Assembly (NCBI GenBank): GCA_963761305.1
Contig: CAVXGK010000001.1
Location: forward strand, 1-64,000
Origin: an uncultured Gemmatimonadaceae bacterium
GTDB lineage: Bacteria; Gemmatimonadota; Gemmatimonadetes; Gemmatimonadales; Gemmatimonadaceae
Reading direction: 5' to 3'
Length of the DNA: 64,000 nt
In this document: piece by piece, positions 23,180-32,837 of the stretch
Position numbering within the stretch: position 1 is the first letter of the stretch
Layout: each line of letters starts with the position of its first letter
Program-made: the position numbers and the translations under genes
Notes under the pieces: model-generated
Told to the model about the DNA's origin: nothing
Seen by the model: only the letters and a program-made list of their open reading frames with translations
The model's database searches: none

Positions 23180-24592
23180 AGGCGTTGGCGTGACGTTTCC
23201 GTTCCGCGCCGCAACTTCAGTCAACGGCACCGGAATCGCCGTCTGCAGCGGATCGTTCGCATGGGTCGGATCCGAGGCGAGATTGGGCATTCCCGGCTGC
23301 GTCACGTACGCCTTCGTCACCATCGCGTACTCTCGCAGCGCCCCGAGATGGAACGGCCCCTCGTAGATCAGCGAGTATCGCATCTCGTACAGAATCGCCT
23401 GTCTCGCTGCCGCGACATTGGCGAACGTCGCGACCGGGGCCAACCCGCCCTCGGTGACGCGCACCGCGTTCACATCGGCGGCCGCGCCCGCGAGATCTCC
23501 CGTTTCCGCTTTCGCCTGCGCGCGGAACAGATAGAAATCCGCGTTGCGGCGAATCGGGATCGGGCGCGTGATATTCGAGGCAATCGTCGGATCGGTGACC
23601 GGATCGCGGAACGTGAGCTGGATTCCGCTCACCGCCGCCGACGCCGCCGACGCCTTCACGATCTTCGCCGAGCGCTTGTCGCCCGCCGCGATCGAGTTCA
23701 CGAAGTTGTCGGTCAGGTACAAATGGTTGTCGGCGAGCGGATTCGGGGCCGACTCCGGCGCCGCCGGGTTGAACTCGTAGTACGGCCCCTGGACGAGCTG
23801 CGTGGCCGTCGGCGCGGCGCCGAACGGGGCGAGCGCCAGGTTCAGCGCCGTGATCGCCGACGCGAAGCACGACGTGCACGGATTCTGGCGATCGAATCCT
23901 CGCATCACCAACACCTCGCCGGCGAGTCCGCGGTTCAATAGCGCGAGATTCGCCGTCTTCGTGTAGTCGCCATTCGTCGTGTAACCGCTCGGCAGCGTGA
24001 CCGGCTCTGTCGCATCCACACCCGACGCGGTGAGGTTCGCATAACCCGAGTCGAGCACGGCGCCGGCATACGTGAGCAGCGCCTGCTTCGTCCGCCACGG
24101 ATCGACGGCCGCCGGATTGTTGCTCTGAATCGGTCCGCCCAGCGAGTCGCGCAGGTCGGTGTTGCGGATGTAGTCCAGCGCTTTGATCGTCTGGATGAGT
24201 CCCGCCACGGCGTTTTGATCGCCGGCTGGCGCCGTCGTGAGCGTGGTACCGGTCAACACTTCGTCGGTCGCGCGAGCGACCTGGTACCCCGCGGTCCAGC
24301 CCGAGCCCCCGATGAAGTCCGACGGATCGATCGGCACGCCGATCAACTCGTTGATGTACCGCGGCTCGTTGCTCGTGAGATACACGGTGTTACGCGCCAT
24401 CGTCTCGGGATAGAGGATGTACGCGAATGCGGAGCCCTGCCCGCGGTCGGTGGCGAGAATTCCCGTGACCAGCGTTTGAAGCGTCTGGGGGGATCCGGCC
24501 ACGACCGCATCTTGGGACGGCGACGACAGCGGTTCAGCACAGGCACTGCAGACCGCGAGCGCGCCGATCAGCCCGATGATGTGTTTTTGCAT
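23177..24592 (-). CDS. RagB/SusD family outer-membrane lipoprotein
   Basis: Lipoprotein-like leader (AVCSAC), PIPIRRNADFYLFRAQA, ILYEMRYSLIYEG, IPVPLTE; downstream of SusC. Confidence 0.85.
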   Translation of the reverse strand: MQKHIIGLIGALAVCSACAEPLSSPSQDAVVAGSPQTLQTLVTGILATDRGQGSAFAYILYPETMARNTVYLTSNEPRYINELIGVPIDPSDFIGGSGWTAGYQVARATDEVLTGTTLTTAPAGDQNAVAGLIQTIKALDYIRNTDLRDSLGGPIQSNNPAAVDPWRTKQALLTYAGAVLDSGYANLTASGVDATEPVTLPSGYTTNGDYTKTANLALLNRGLAGEVLVMRGFDRQNPCTSCFASAITALNLALAPFGAAPTATQLVQGPYYEFNPAAPESAPNPLADNHLYLTDNFVNSIAAGDKRSAKIVKASAASAAVSGIQLTFRDPVTDPTIASNITRPIPIRRNADFYLFRAQAKAETGDLAGAAADVNAVRVTEGGLAPVATFANVAAARQAILYEMRYSLIYEGPFHLGALREYAMVTKAYVTQPGMPNLASDPTHANDPLQTAIPVPLTEVAARNGNVTPTP

Positions 24593-24610
24593 GGGTTGGT
24601 CTGGTCGCTG

Positions 24611-27592
24611 TTAGAAGTTGGCGTGGACGGTGAACATGAACCGGCGGCTCGGCGGATACGGCGCCAAGTCCTGCATACGGCTCAGCGGAGAGTCGCCGAA
24701 GTTCGAGACTTCGGGGTCGAGACCGCGATAGTTCGTCTTGGTAAACAGGTTCTGGCCGGTGATGCTGACGGTGGCGTTCTTGGCCATACCCCGGAACATC
24801 ATCTCCGTCAGACGCTGGCCGAGGTCGTAGCTGAGCGCCACCTCGCGCAGCTTGGCGAAGCTCGCGTGCTCGAGGAACACGCCCTGGCCCTTTGCGAACT
24901 GCGCCTCGTCGGTGCTGTCCATGACCGTGTTGGCGAAGTTGCCGCCCTTGATGCCGCTCTGCCCCGAGCCGTCCTCGAGATAGGTCTGGCTCAGATCAGC
25001 CAGATATCCGCCGTGACGCCAATCGACCAGCGTCGTGATGCGGAACGGGCCGTGGGTGAAGTCGTTCGAGAAGCCCATCTGGAAGTCCGGGCTCTCTGAG
25101 CCCGCGAACTCCTCGTGCCGCGCACCGGAGGGGTCGAATCCGTTGAACACGACGGCTTCGTCGGGCGCGTACCCGACCTGGACCTTCGTGCGGCCGTACC
25201 GCTCCGAGAAGATCGAGCCGGTGTAGAACGCCGGCACCGGCAACGACGTCACGAGCCCACGGTTGTGCGAGAACGTCGTGTGCGACTGCCAGGTGAGGAA
25301 GCTGTTCTGGATCGGCAGGATGTTGAACCCGATTTCCTGCCCGCTGTTGGTCATCGAGCCACCGTTGATGATCTGCGTCGTGAAGCCGCTCGACGGCGGG
25401 GGCGACGCCTGGAGCACCAGCCCGACAGTGCTCTTCTTATAGAACGTCAACTCGGCCGAAGCGCGACCGTGCAGCATCTGGATATCCATGCCGCCTTCCG
25501 TCTCGCGCGTCACTTCCGGCTGGACGTTGGGCAGTCCGACCGTCGTCGACGGGCGAAGGCCGACGATTCCGTTTTCCGGCACCGACGTGAGGAACGTGTA
25601 GCCGAAGTTCACCGGAACGCGGTTGCCGGCGGAGCCGTTGGCGACGCGGAACTTGACGTTGTCGATGCCGTCCCGGTCCACCGGCAAGTTGTACGACGCG
25701 CCGAACTTGGGGAACGCGTAGAACTTCGACGGGTCACCGTTCGTGCTCGAGCGCTCGGCGTTGAGGGCGACGGTGAGCAGCAACCGCTCCTGCAGCGCCA
25801 GGAACTCTTCCTGCCCGAAGTAGGAGAAGGTGCGGGTGAGCACCTGCGCCTGCGACACGGCCGTCTGCACCGCGGTCGCGTAGTTCGTCACGCCCGGGAA
25901 GAGTCCTTCACCCTTCGTGACGTCTGCCGTGCTCTGTTGATGTTCCTGCCGCAGACCGACCGACGTCGTCGCGATGCCGAAGTGTGTCGTGTACCGGTCG
26001 ACAAGGGTTGCGTTCAGGTTGGCGTTGACGGCGTCGGTGTTGCCGTCCACGACGGTCCCGGGGTACGGGTCGATGTTGCCGCTCTGCTCGATGTAGGTCG
26101 TCGGCGGCGAGTAGACGTGGTTGTGGTCGGTCAGCGCGTCGATGCCGCCGAGCCACGTGAGGTTCAGGCTGTGGTTCTGCCCGTTGAGGATCGAGAGCTC
26201 AGCCTGCGCCGTGCCGAGGAGGCGATAGACCTCTTCAGGCGTACGGATCGATTCCATGTCCTGCAGCGGGTTCGCGCCCCCGTTGACGAACGGGTCCTTC
26301 ACCAGCTGGCCCGTCACCGGATCATGCTGGCTGAAGTCGAAGTAAGTCGGTGTTTCGCCGAGGATCGTGTAGGGCGCGATGTTGTTGTTGTCGTTGCCCG
26401 AAATGCCGCGCTCCGTGAGCGTGTGGAGCAGGTTGGTCGTGGCGCGGAGGGTCAGTCGCGACCCTTCGACTTGGTTCACGTTCAACAGCAGCGACTGTCT
26501 CGACGCCCCGCTGTTCACCGAAAGGCCGGCATCGTGGTTGTCCGTGCCGGACAGGAAGTACGTCGTGGCGGCGTCGGCCGTGCCGCCGCGCATCGAGACG
26601 TTCGTCTCGTAATCCAGGAAGTGGTTGCCGTAGAGGGTCTTCTGCGGGTCCGTGCAGCCGGAGTACTGCGTCGGCGACAGGGTGATCCCGAAATCGCTCT
26701 GCGCTTCCGCGGCCGCCGAGGCGAACGTGGAGAAACAGCGCATGTCGTACTCGTGCTCCAGCGCCTGCGAGCCGAAGGCCTGGATGACGTTGAACGCGGG
26801 CTTGCCCGCTTGGCCGTGCTTCGTCGTGATGATGATGACGCCGTTCGCGCCGCGCGAGCCGTAGATCGCGCCCGCCGCCGGGCCCTTGAGCACCTGGATG
26901 TCGGCGATGTCTTCCGGATTCAGGTCGGCGACTCGGTTGACCTGCTGATCCTGGCTCGACGTGATCCCACCGCCGGCGCCCGTGATCGAGTTCAGACCGA
27001 CTCCATACGCGTCGTTGTTGACGATGACGCCGTCGACGACGTAGAGCGGGAGATACGCGCCGTTGACCGTGTTGCTGCCGCGGATCTGCACCTGCACGCC
27101 GCCACCCGGCGCGCCGCCGTTCTGCGTGATGACCGCGCCGGGGAGCTTACCCTGGAGCGCGTTCTCGACGTTCTGTTGCGGAACCGCGTTGATCACCTCG
27201 TTCGAGACGACGGCGACCGCGTTCGCGGCGTTCTGCGTCGACACGCTCGTGGCCTGGCCGGTCACGACGACCTCGTCGAGCTGCAGCGGGTCGTGGCCCA
27301 TCTCGAAGTTGGCCGACGTCGCATCGGCCGAGAGCGCCACGACGGTGCGCCGGTAGCCGATGCGCCGGGCGACCAGCGTTTGCGCTCCGGCCGGCACGTT
27401 GGCCAACGCGAAGTTACCCTCCGCGTTGGTGACGGTTTGAATGGTGGTGCCTTGTACGCTCACCGTCGCGCTGGCGACGGGTGTTCCGCCGCTTTCCGTC
27501 ACCTTTCCCGTCACGCGCCGTTGCGCGTGGGCGACGTGACCGACGCCGACAAGAAGGATCAGTCCGAAGAGGAACTTCCAGACACGTCTCAC
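24611..27592 (-). CDS. SusC/RagA family TonB-dependent outer-membrane receptor
   Basis: GGGAGG RBS before GTG; carboxypeptidase-like domain, LDEVVVTG, DLNPEDIADIQVLKGPAAGAIYGSRGANGVIIITTK, YRGLDPEVSNFG, terminal F. Confidence 0.95.
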   Translation of the reverse strand: MRRVWKFLFGLILLVGVGHVAHAQRRVTGKVTESGGTPVASATVSVQGTTIQTVTNAEGNFALANVPAGAQTLVARRIGYRRTVVALSADATSANFEMGHDPLQLDEVVVTGQATSVSTQNAANAVAVVSNEVINAVPQQNVENALQGKLPGAVITQNGGAPGGGVQVQIRGSNTVNGAYLPLYVVDGVIVNNDAYGVGLNSITGAGGGITSSQDQQVNRVADLNPEDIADIQVLKGPAAGAIYGSRGANGVIIITTKHGQAGKPAFNVIQAFGSQALEHEYDMRCFSTFASAAAEAQSDFGITLSPTQYSGCTDPQKTLYGNHFLDYETNVSMRGGTADAATTYFLSGTDNHDAGLSVNSGASRQSLLLNVNQVEGSRLTLRATTNLLHTLTERGISGNDNNNIAPYTILGETPTYFDFSQHDPVTGQLVKDPFVNGGANPLQDMESIRTPEEVYRLLGTAQAELSILNGQNHSLNLTWLGGIDALTDHNHVYSPPTTYIEQSGNIDPYPGTVVDGNTDAVNANLNATLVDRYTTHFGIATTSVGLRQEHQQSTADVTKGEGLFPGVTNYATAVQTAVSQAQVLTRTFSYFGQEEFLALQERLLLTVALNAERSSTNGDPSKFYAFPKFGASYNLPVDRDGIDNVKFRVANGSAGNRVPVNFGYTFLTSVPENGIVGLRPSTTVGLPNVQPEVTRETEGGMDIQMLHGRASAELTFYKKSTVGLVLQASPPPSSGFTTQIINGGSMTNSGQEIGFNILPIQNSFLTWQSHTTFSHNRGLVTSLPVPAFYTGSIFSERYGRTKVQVGYAPDEAVVFNGFDPSGARHEEFAGSESPDFQMGFSNDFTHGPFRITTLVDWRHGGYLADLSQTYLEDGSGQSGIKGGNFANTVMDSTDEAQFAKGQGVFLEHASFAKLREVALSYDLGQRLTEMMFRGMAKNATVSITGQNLFTKTNYRGLDPEVSNFGDSPLSRMQDLAPYPPSRRFMFTVHANF

Positions 27593-28148
27593 GTGCGCCT
27601 CCCTCAAAGTTTAGAGCTGTTTAACTGATGTGAATCCTGGCCGGCGGTGATGCCCGACTCGCGACGGGCGAGTTGCGGTCCCTACGGCTCTCGAACGCGG
27701 CGCGAGTACGGGGCTCTGACCAGACTCCAAACCACGAGCGCTGAACGGCGCTCATCCCGCTGGCGGTCCCGCTGGCGTCACGCGAAAAACCCATCGATGT
27801 GGCGAATCGTCACCGAATCCTGACAAAACTTTCACGCATACCGTATCCAATCCTGATGACTGCCGGATAGAGCGGCCTGGCCCCCAGCAGCGGACATTTG
27901 CATTTCTTAGTGCCCCCGCCGGGGGGGGCGTTTGGGCCTTCTGACGGCGTCGTCGGCGCCGGTACGGCAGTGTCCGCTACGGCTCCCGCCCCGACCTCGA
28001 GGTCATCGGAGACTCGAACCCGCCTCGAACCCCCCTCGAACCGCGTGGCTTGCGCCCGTCTGCGCGCCAGATTAGCACTGACGGCGACTCGAGGCTGGCG
28101 TGCCGGGATGGCAGAACCCTATTGTATGGATCATCAACTCCGCCGGCC

Positions 28149-28928
28149 ATGAAAGGCATTCCGACGCGGCGCATGCGGCGCATATGGATCGAGGCACTCC
28201 TTCTCCTGGTCGCCGGCGCGGGGAGCGCCTCGGCGCAACAGGTCCGGCTGCGCGTCACCAGCGACACCGTCGATACGCCGGTTCCCAAGGCGCTTGTCGT
28301 CTCGTTGAACGACCGCGGCCTGTGGCGCACCGATGACGACGGGCTGATCGTCGTCACGACCCTGCACCCCGGGCCAAACGTCTTCACCATTCGCCACATC
28401 GGGCTGGCGCCCATCACGACGACGCTCGAGGTGCCGGAGCACGGCACGCTGGCGGTGCACGTGATCATGCACCCTGCCCCGCAGGTGCTCGACACGGTGG
28501 CCATCACCGCTCGCACGGCGGAGGGGCGGCTCAGCGTGTTCGACCAGCGCCGGTTGTACAACTCCGGCGGCCATTTCATCACCTGGGCCGACATCGAGCG
28601 GCAGCACCCGCTCCAGACGATCGATCTCTTCAGGCAGGTGCTCGGACTTCAGGTGACCATCGTGAATGGCGAGCCGGCCATCACGTCGTCGCGCGGCATC
28701 GGCGTCGCCGGCACCTCCTGCCGCCCCCGCGTCGGGTTCGACGGCATCGTGCTGGGCAGCGACTTCGACGTCAACGACTTCTCGCCAAACGAGATCTACG
28801 GCATCGAGATCTACAACGGAGCGGCGACCATCCCAGGGCAGTACCTGGCGTCGGCGACCGGAGGCTCGTGCGGGCTGGTGATGATCTGGACGCTCAACGG
28901 GGCACACCAGAGCGCCGCGCGGCGCTGA
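28149..28928 (+). CDS. Secreted protein with carboxypeptidase-regulatory-like and TonB-plug-like domains
   Basis: Signal peptide, IRHIGLAP, LDTVAITA, GHFITWADIE, IYGIEIYNG--IPGQY, CGLVMIWT. Confidence 0.75.
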   Translation: MKGIPTRRMRRIWIEALLLLVAGAGSASAQQVRLRVTSDTVDTPVPKALVVSLNDRGLWRTDDDGLIVVTTLHPGPNVFTIRHIGLAPITTTLEVPEHGTLAVHVIMHPAPQVLDTVAITARTAEGRLSVFDQRRLYNSGGHFITWADIERQHPLQTIDLFRQVLGLQVTIVNGEPAITSSRGIGVAGTSCRPRVGFDGIVLGSDFDVNDFSPNEIYGIEIYNGAATIPGQYLASATGGSCGLVMIWTLNGAHQSAARR

Positions 28929-29131
28929 CCGGGCGTCGAGCCGTGGCCTGATAGGGATCGGTGCGGGGCGATACTCTAGCATCAGCGACAGCATCAGCAG
29001 TCAGGAACTGCAACTGCAATCAGCATCAGTCACTGATGCTGCCTCCTGTCGCTGCCGCCTAGAGTGCCCGCGGCCCGTACCAACGCTATCCGGCCACGCC
29101 GTCGCCTGTCACGCTTATTGCTTGACTCCGC

Positions 29132-30148
29132 GTGGTGTGGATTAGGCGGGTGGGGTCAAAGCGCGCCGGCTTCCGGTACGTCGACGCCGGCGATCGGCTG
29201 ATTCGCGATCGGCGAACGCTCGAACGCATCGTCGTGCTGCGGGTGCCGCCGGCGTGGCGTGAGGTGCACATCGCGGCCAGTCCGCGGTCGGCGATCCAGG
29301 CGTGGGGGATCGATGCGCGGGGCCGAAGGCAGTATCGCTATAACGAGCGCGCGGTCGAGCGGCGGGAGCTGCGGAAGTATCATCGCGTTCGCCAACTCGC
29401 CAAAGAATTGCCGCGCATTCGACGCACGCTACACGCCGACGCTCGGCCCGGCGCGCCGGCGCACGCGATCGACGCCGACACCGCCGCCGCCACCGTCCTC
29501 CGCCTCATCAGCGAAACGTTTTGCCGAGTCGGCGGCGAACGGTATACGCGCGAGAACGGAACGTTCGGCATCACGACGTTGCGGAAATCACACGTCGAGC
29601 TGTCGAACAAGACGGCGCGGTTCGCGTACCGCGGCAAGGCAAATATCCGCCAGCGGCAGGTCGTCCACGATCGCGAGCTGGTGCGGCTGGTGGCGCGGCA
29701 GCTCCGCACGCCCGGCACGCGACTCTTTCGATACGCCAACGGCCGTGGATGGCGATTGCTCACGGCCCGCGACGTGAACGAGTATCTGCGTCGTCGCGTC
29801 GGCCACTACAGCGCGAAGGATTTGCGCACGTGGGGTGGAACGCTCCGCGCCGCGACAGTGCTCGCCGAGCTGGGGCCGGCGAAGTCACCGAGCGAAGCGA
29901 AGCGAAACGTGGCGCTCGCGATGCGACTCGTGTCGTCGGAGCTCGGCAACACGGCGACCATTTGCCGGAAGTCGTACGTCCATCCGATCGTGATCGCGCG
30001 CTATCTCGACGAGGGGGAGACGATTCCGCTGCCGCACGCGCGGCGGCAGGCCTCGAATCGAGGGCAGGCGCATTCTCCCGAGGAGCGTGCTTTGATTTCC
30101 TTTCTCGATCGCCACTTTCCCGAGCGTCGCCGCCGGCCACGCGTGTAG
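29132..30148 (+). CDS. Bacterial DNA topoisomerase IB
   Basis: VPPAWREV-I, IQAWGIDARGRRQYRY, RVGGERY, FGITTL, KDLRTWGGT, LGNTATICRKSYVHP with the catalytic Tyr. Confidence 0.92.
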   Translation: MVWIRRVGSKRAGFRYVDAGDRLIRDRRTLERIVVLRVPPAWREVHIAASPRSAIQAWGIDARGRRQYRYNERAVERRELRKYHRVRQLAKELPRIRRTLHADARPGAPAHAIDADTAAATVLRLISETFCRVGGERYTRENGTFGITTLRKSHVELSNKTARFAYRGKANIRQRQVVHDRELVRLVARQLRTPGTRLFRYANGRGWRLLTARDVNEYLRRRVGHYSAKDLRTWGGTLRAATVLAELGPAKSPSEAKRNVALAMRLVSSELGNTATICRKSYVHPIVIARYLDEGETIPLPHARRQASNRGQAHSPEERALISFLDRHFPERRRRPRV

Positions 30149-30335
30149 CCGCACTGTCACTATCACGTCACGTACGCCCTGAGCCCGCGCGGCCCCGGGA
30201 AGCTGCGCAGCGGAGTATATTTCAGATGCTGGTGGGTGGCGCGAGCGCCATCTCCCCCAAGTCTTCTGGCGCCCTCCCATGGGCCATCGGACTCGAGAGG
30301 CATCCGGTCCAGCTGTCTTCAGCCAGTGAGGCGCC

Positions 30336-30755
30336 ATGCAGAGCAACTCTGCGCGCACCATCCTCATCGTCGAACCCGACGACACTTCCCGCTCCGCTCT
30401 TCGCTCCGCGCTCGAAGGTGACGGGTACAAGGTCGTGTCGACCACCAGCGCCGTCGACGCGCTCTCGGTAGTCGACACGCCCGGCATCAATCTCATCGTC
30501 ACCGAACTGTATTTGGGCAGCGGTAAAGATCGTTGTCTGTTGCACACGATCCGCGAATCGTCAGCCACCAAGCGGCCCAGGGTTCTGGCCTACACGCGGC
30601 ACGGCAGCGCCAAAGACCGCGCATGGGCCATCGCCGAGGGCGCGAGCGGATACGTTCTCAAGAAGAACGGCGAGGCGCGATTGCTCGAAGTCGCGGGCCG
30701 GCTGAGTCGCCCGCGCACACGCAAGCGCGGCACCACGCGTCGCCCCAAGACCTGA
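30336..30755 (+). CDS. Single-domain atypical response regulator receiver
   Basis: TILIVEPD...LEGDGYKV...LIVTEL...AIAEGASGYVLK. Confidence 0.75.
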   Translation: MQSNSARTILIVEPDDTSRSALRSALEGDGYKVVSTTSAVDALSVVDTPGINLIVTELYLGSGKDRCLLHTIRESSATKRPRVLAYTRHGSAKDRAWAIAEGASGYVLKKNGEARLLEVAGRLSRPRTRKRGTTRRPKT

Positions 30756-30929
30756 TCCGTCAGGTCGACCTCGCAGCTCGCGTCGCCGGCTCGGCGGGTC
30801 CCCTCCGCCGGCCGGGCGCCGAGCTTCGCGCGCAGCGCCGATCTAGAGAGAAATCTTCGGGCTAAGGGCGTGTCGTGGGCCGGCCACTCTGGGCACTCGC
30901 GCTGAGCGGGGTACGGCTTTGGGCTCGAA

Positions 30930-30964
30930 GTCGGACGTCAGATGTCGGACGTCAGATGTCAGAC
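30930..30964. repeat. 7-nt tandem repeat (GTCRGAY) left of the four-helix-bundle gene
   Basis: GTCGGACGTCAGATGTCGGACGTCAGATGTCAGAC. Confidence 0.85.
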
Positions 30965-31040
30965 AATGCGTACCCCGGAAACAGAATCGTGATGGAGCCC
31001 CGCCGCCGATGCATATCGTCGCTCCCTAACCGGAGGACAG

Positions 31041-31387
31041 GTGGGGAACTTCAGGCGACTCGTGGCATGGCAGAAGGCGAACGCGTATTCGTTGGCAGTC
31101 CACGCGGCGTTTCGAAACATGAGGGCACAGGTCTCGCCGGGGTTCCGCGCCCAAGTCCTTCGTGCAGTCAGCTCCATTCCCGACAACCTTGCCGAAGGCT
31201 GCGCCAAGCGCTCTAGGCGCGAACTCGCGCGCGCTACGCCGACACGGCCTATTCGTCCTCGAAGGAAGTCGAGAATCAACTCATTCGGGCACGAGCGCTC
31301 GGACTGCTGAGTCGCCAGATGTTCGAGGACCTGATGCGCCAGGGAGACGAGGTCTCACGGCTGTGCTACGCCCTCGCGCTCGGCTGA
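31041..31387 (+). CDS. Four-helix-bundle protein (23S rRNA IVS protein / Avd-like family); frameshift near 31230
   Basis: GGAGG RBS; FRRLVAWQKA, QVLRAVSSIPDNLAEGC, (AR)YADTAYSSSKEVENQLIRARALGLL. Confidence 0.85.
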
Positions 31388-31424
31388 CCCGCCTGCGGCG
31401 ACTACCTGCCGTGGCGAGCAGGAG

Positions 31425-31469
31425 GTCTGACGTCTGACGTCTGACGTCTGACATCTGACGTCAGACGTC
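31425..31469. repeat. 7-nt tandem repeat (GTCTGAC) right of the four-helix-bundle gene, inverted relative to the left array
   Basis: GTCTGACGTCTGACGTCTGACGTCTGACATCTGACGTCAGACGTC. Confidence 0.85.
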
Positions 31470-31529
31470 GAGCGAACCACGTGGCTCGCCGGCCACTCGA
31501 ACTCAGAGTGGCCGAGCGCTCCGGCCTTC

Positions 31530-31613
31530 CGCCGAAACCCTGGATGTCCGTGGGTCGTCCCTGAACGATGCCAGCCACTGGGACCTTCGAATGATCTACT
31601 CGATGGACGTGTG
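31530..31613 (+). pseudogene. 3' remnant of a third copy of the downstream GNAT gene
   Basis: AAACCCTGGATG...GCCAGCCACTGGGACCTTCGAATGATCTACTCGATGGAC matches the 3' ends of both following genes (KPWM...ASHWDLRMIYSMD). Confidence 0.8.
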
Positions 31614-32744
31614 ACGTCTCGAGAGCCGCTGTCGTGTCGCATGGTTCCGTATCGCTCCGAGCACGCGCCCCTCGTGGCCGAGCTCCAGCGACATCTCTGG
31701 AATCGCGACGTCGAGCTGAACGCCGCCTACCTGGAGTGGAAGTATCATCAGAACCCGTACATTCGTGAGCCGCTCATCTACCTCGCGTTCGCGGACGAGC
31801 AGCTCATCGCGATGGGAGGCATCGTCGGAACGCGATGGGAGGGCGGCGAGCCCTCCGAATCGTTCACGCTGCCATACGCCGACGATCTGGTGATCGACCC
31901 GGCTTTTCGCCGGCAAGGCCTGTATCAGCAGATCACGCGCTTCGCGCACGCTGATCTCCGTCGGCGGGGATATCGACACGCCATCACTCTCAGCGCCAGC
32001 GTCGTGACGCAGCGCACGTTGGTGCTGATGCATTGGCGCAACGCCGGCCAATTGATGCACGTTCAGCGGCACTCGAAGCGCCGGACGACGGCGTATTCGT
32101 GGGCCGGTCGAGTGTCCAAGGTGCCGATCGTCTGGCGGTTGTCGGATAGACTTCGAGGACTCGGCGGACTCGCAAGCGATCGCCTGTTCGACCGGTTCGA
32201 CTCGCGGTCGACGGGTCGTGCGCGACAGCGGCGGTCCGGGGCGATCTTCACCCAGGCAACGCCGCTCGCGGAAGAGATGGAGTCGCTCGTCAAGCGTCTT
32301 CCGACCGATCGACGTTTCCGCCATGTCCGCGACCATACGTATTTCGCGTGGCGATTCAGAAATCCGATGCGGAATTACAGATTTGTATATGCGGGCGGCG
32401 ACCGTCTCGAGGGGTACCTCGTCTTGCAGCGGGCGCTGGAACGCGGCGATCGGGTGAGCATCGTCGACTGGGAAGCGGCGGACCAGTCGGTATTGGAAGC
32501 GCTGCTTTCCGTGGCCATCGACGACGGGCGGTTTCCGATCCTCGCGACTTGGCGATTGGGCGCGTCACCCGGCGTCGAGCGCCTGCTCGATCGGCACGAC
32601 TTCCGTCCCGCGAGGAGGAGCAAATCCATCCTCGCGCGATCCCTGGGCAGCGCCGATCTCGAGAAACCCTGGATGCTGGCGGGTCGTCCCCTCGACGATG
32701 CCAGCCAATGGGACCTTCGCATGATCTACTCGACGGACGAGTGA
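31611..32744 (+). CDS. GNAT family N-acetyltransferase, copy 1
   Basis: YLEWKYHQNP, DDLVIDPAFRRQGL acetyl-CoA motif, RDHTYFAWRFRNP. Confidence 0.8.
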   Translation: MTSREPLSCRMVPYRSEHAPLVAELQRHLWNRDVELNAAYLEWKYHQNPYIREPLIYLAFADEQLIAMGGIVGTRWEGGEPSESFTLPYADDLVIDPAFRRQGLYQQITRFAHADLRRRGYRHAITLSASVVTQRTLVLMHWRNAGQLMHVQRHSKRRTTAYSWAGRVSKVPIVWRLSDRLRGLGGLASDRLFDRFDSRSTGRARQRRSGAIFTQATPLAEEMESLVKRLPTDRRFRHVRDHTYFAWRFRNPMRNYRFVYAGGDRLEGYLVLQRALERGDRVSIVDWEAADQSVLEALLSVAIDDGRFPILATWRLGASPGVERLLDRHDFRPARRSKSILARSLGSADLEKPWMLAGRPLDDASQWDLRMIYSTDE

Positions 32745-32837
32745 CGTCCGTTTGTTGCTTTCATCACCGCCGACTGCCTCCCCTGATCCGACTTGCCGCA
32801 AGGAACCGCAAAGTCTCGAGAGCCGCTGTCGTGTCGC

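Noticed and set aside
25115..27628. 837-aa + strand ORF
   Set aside because: Antisense shadow of SusC, expected in high-GC3 DNA; Arg/Val-rich with no motifs
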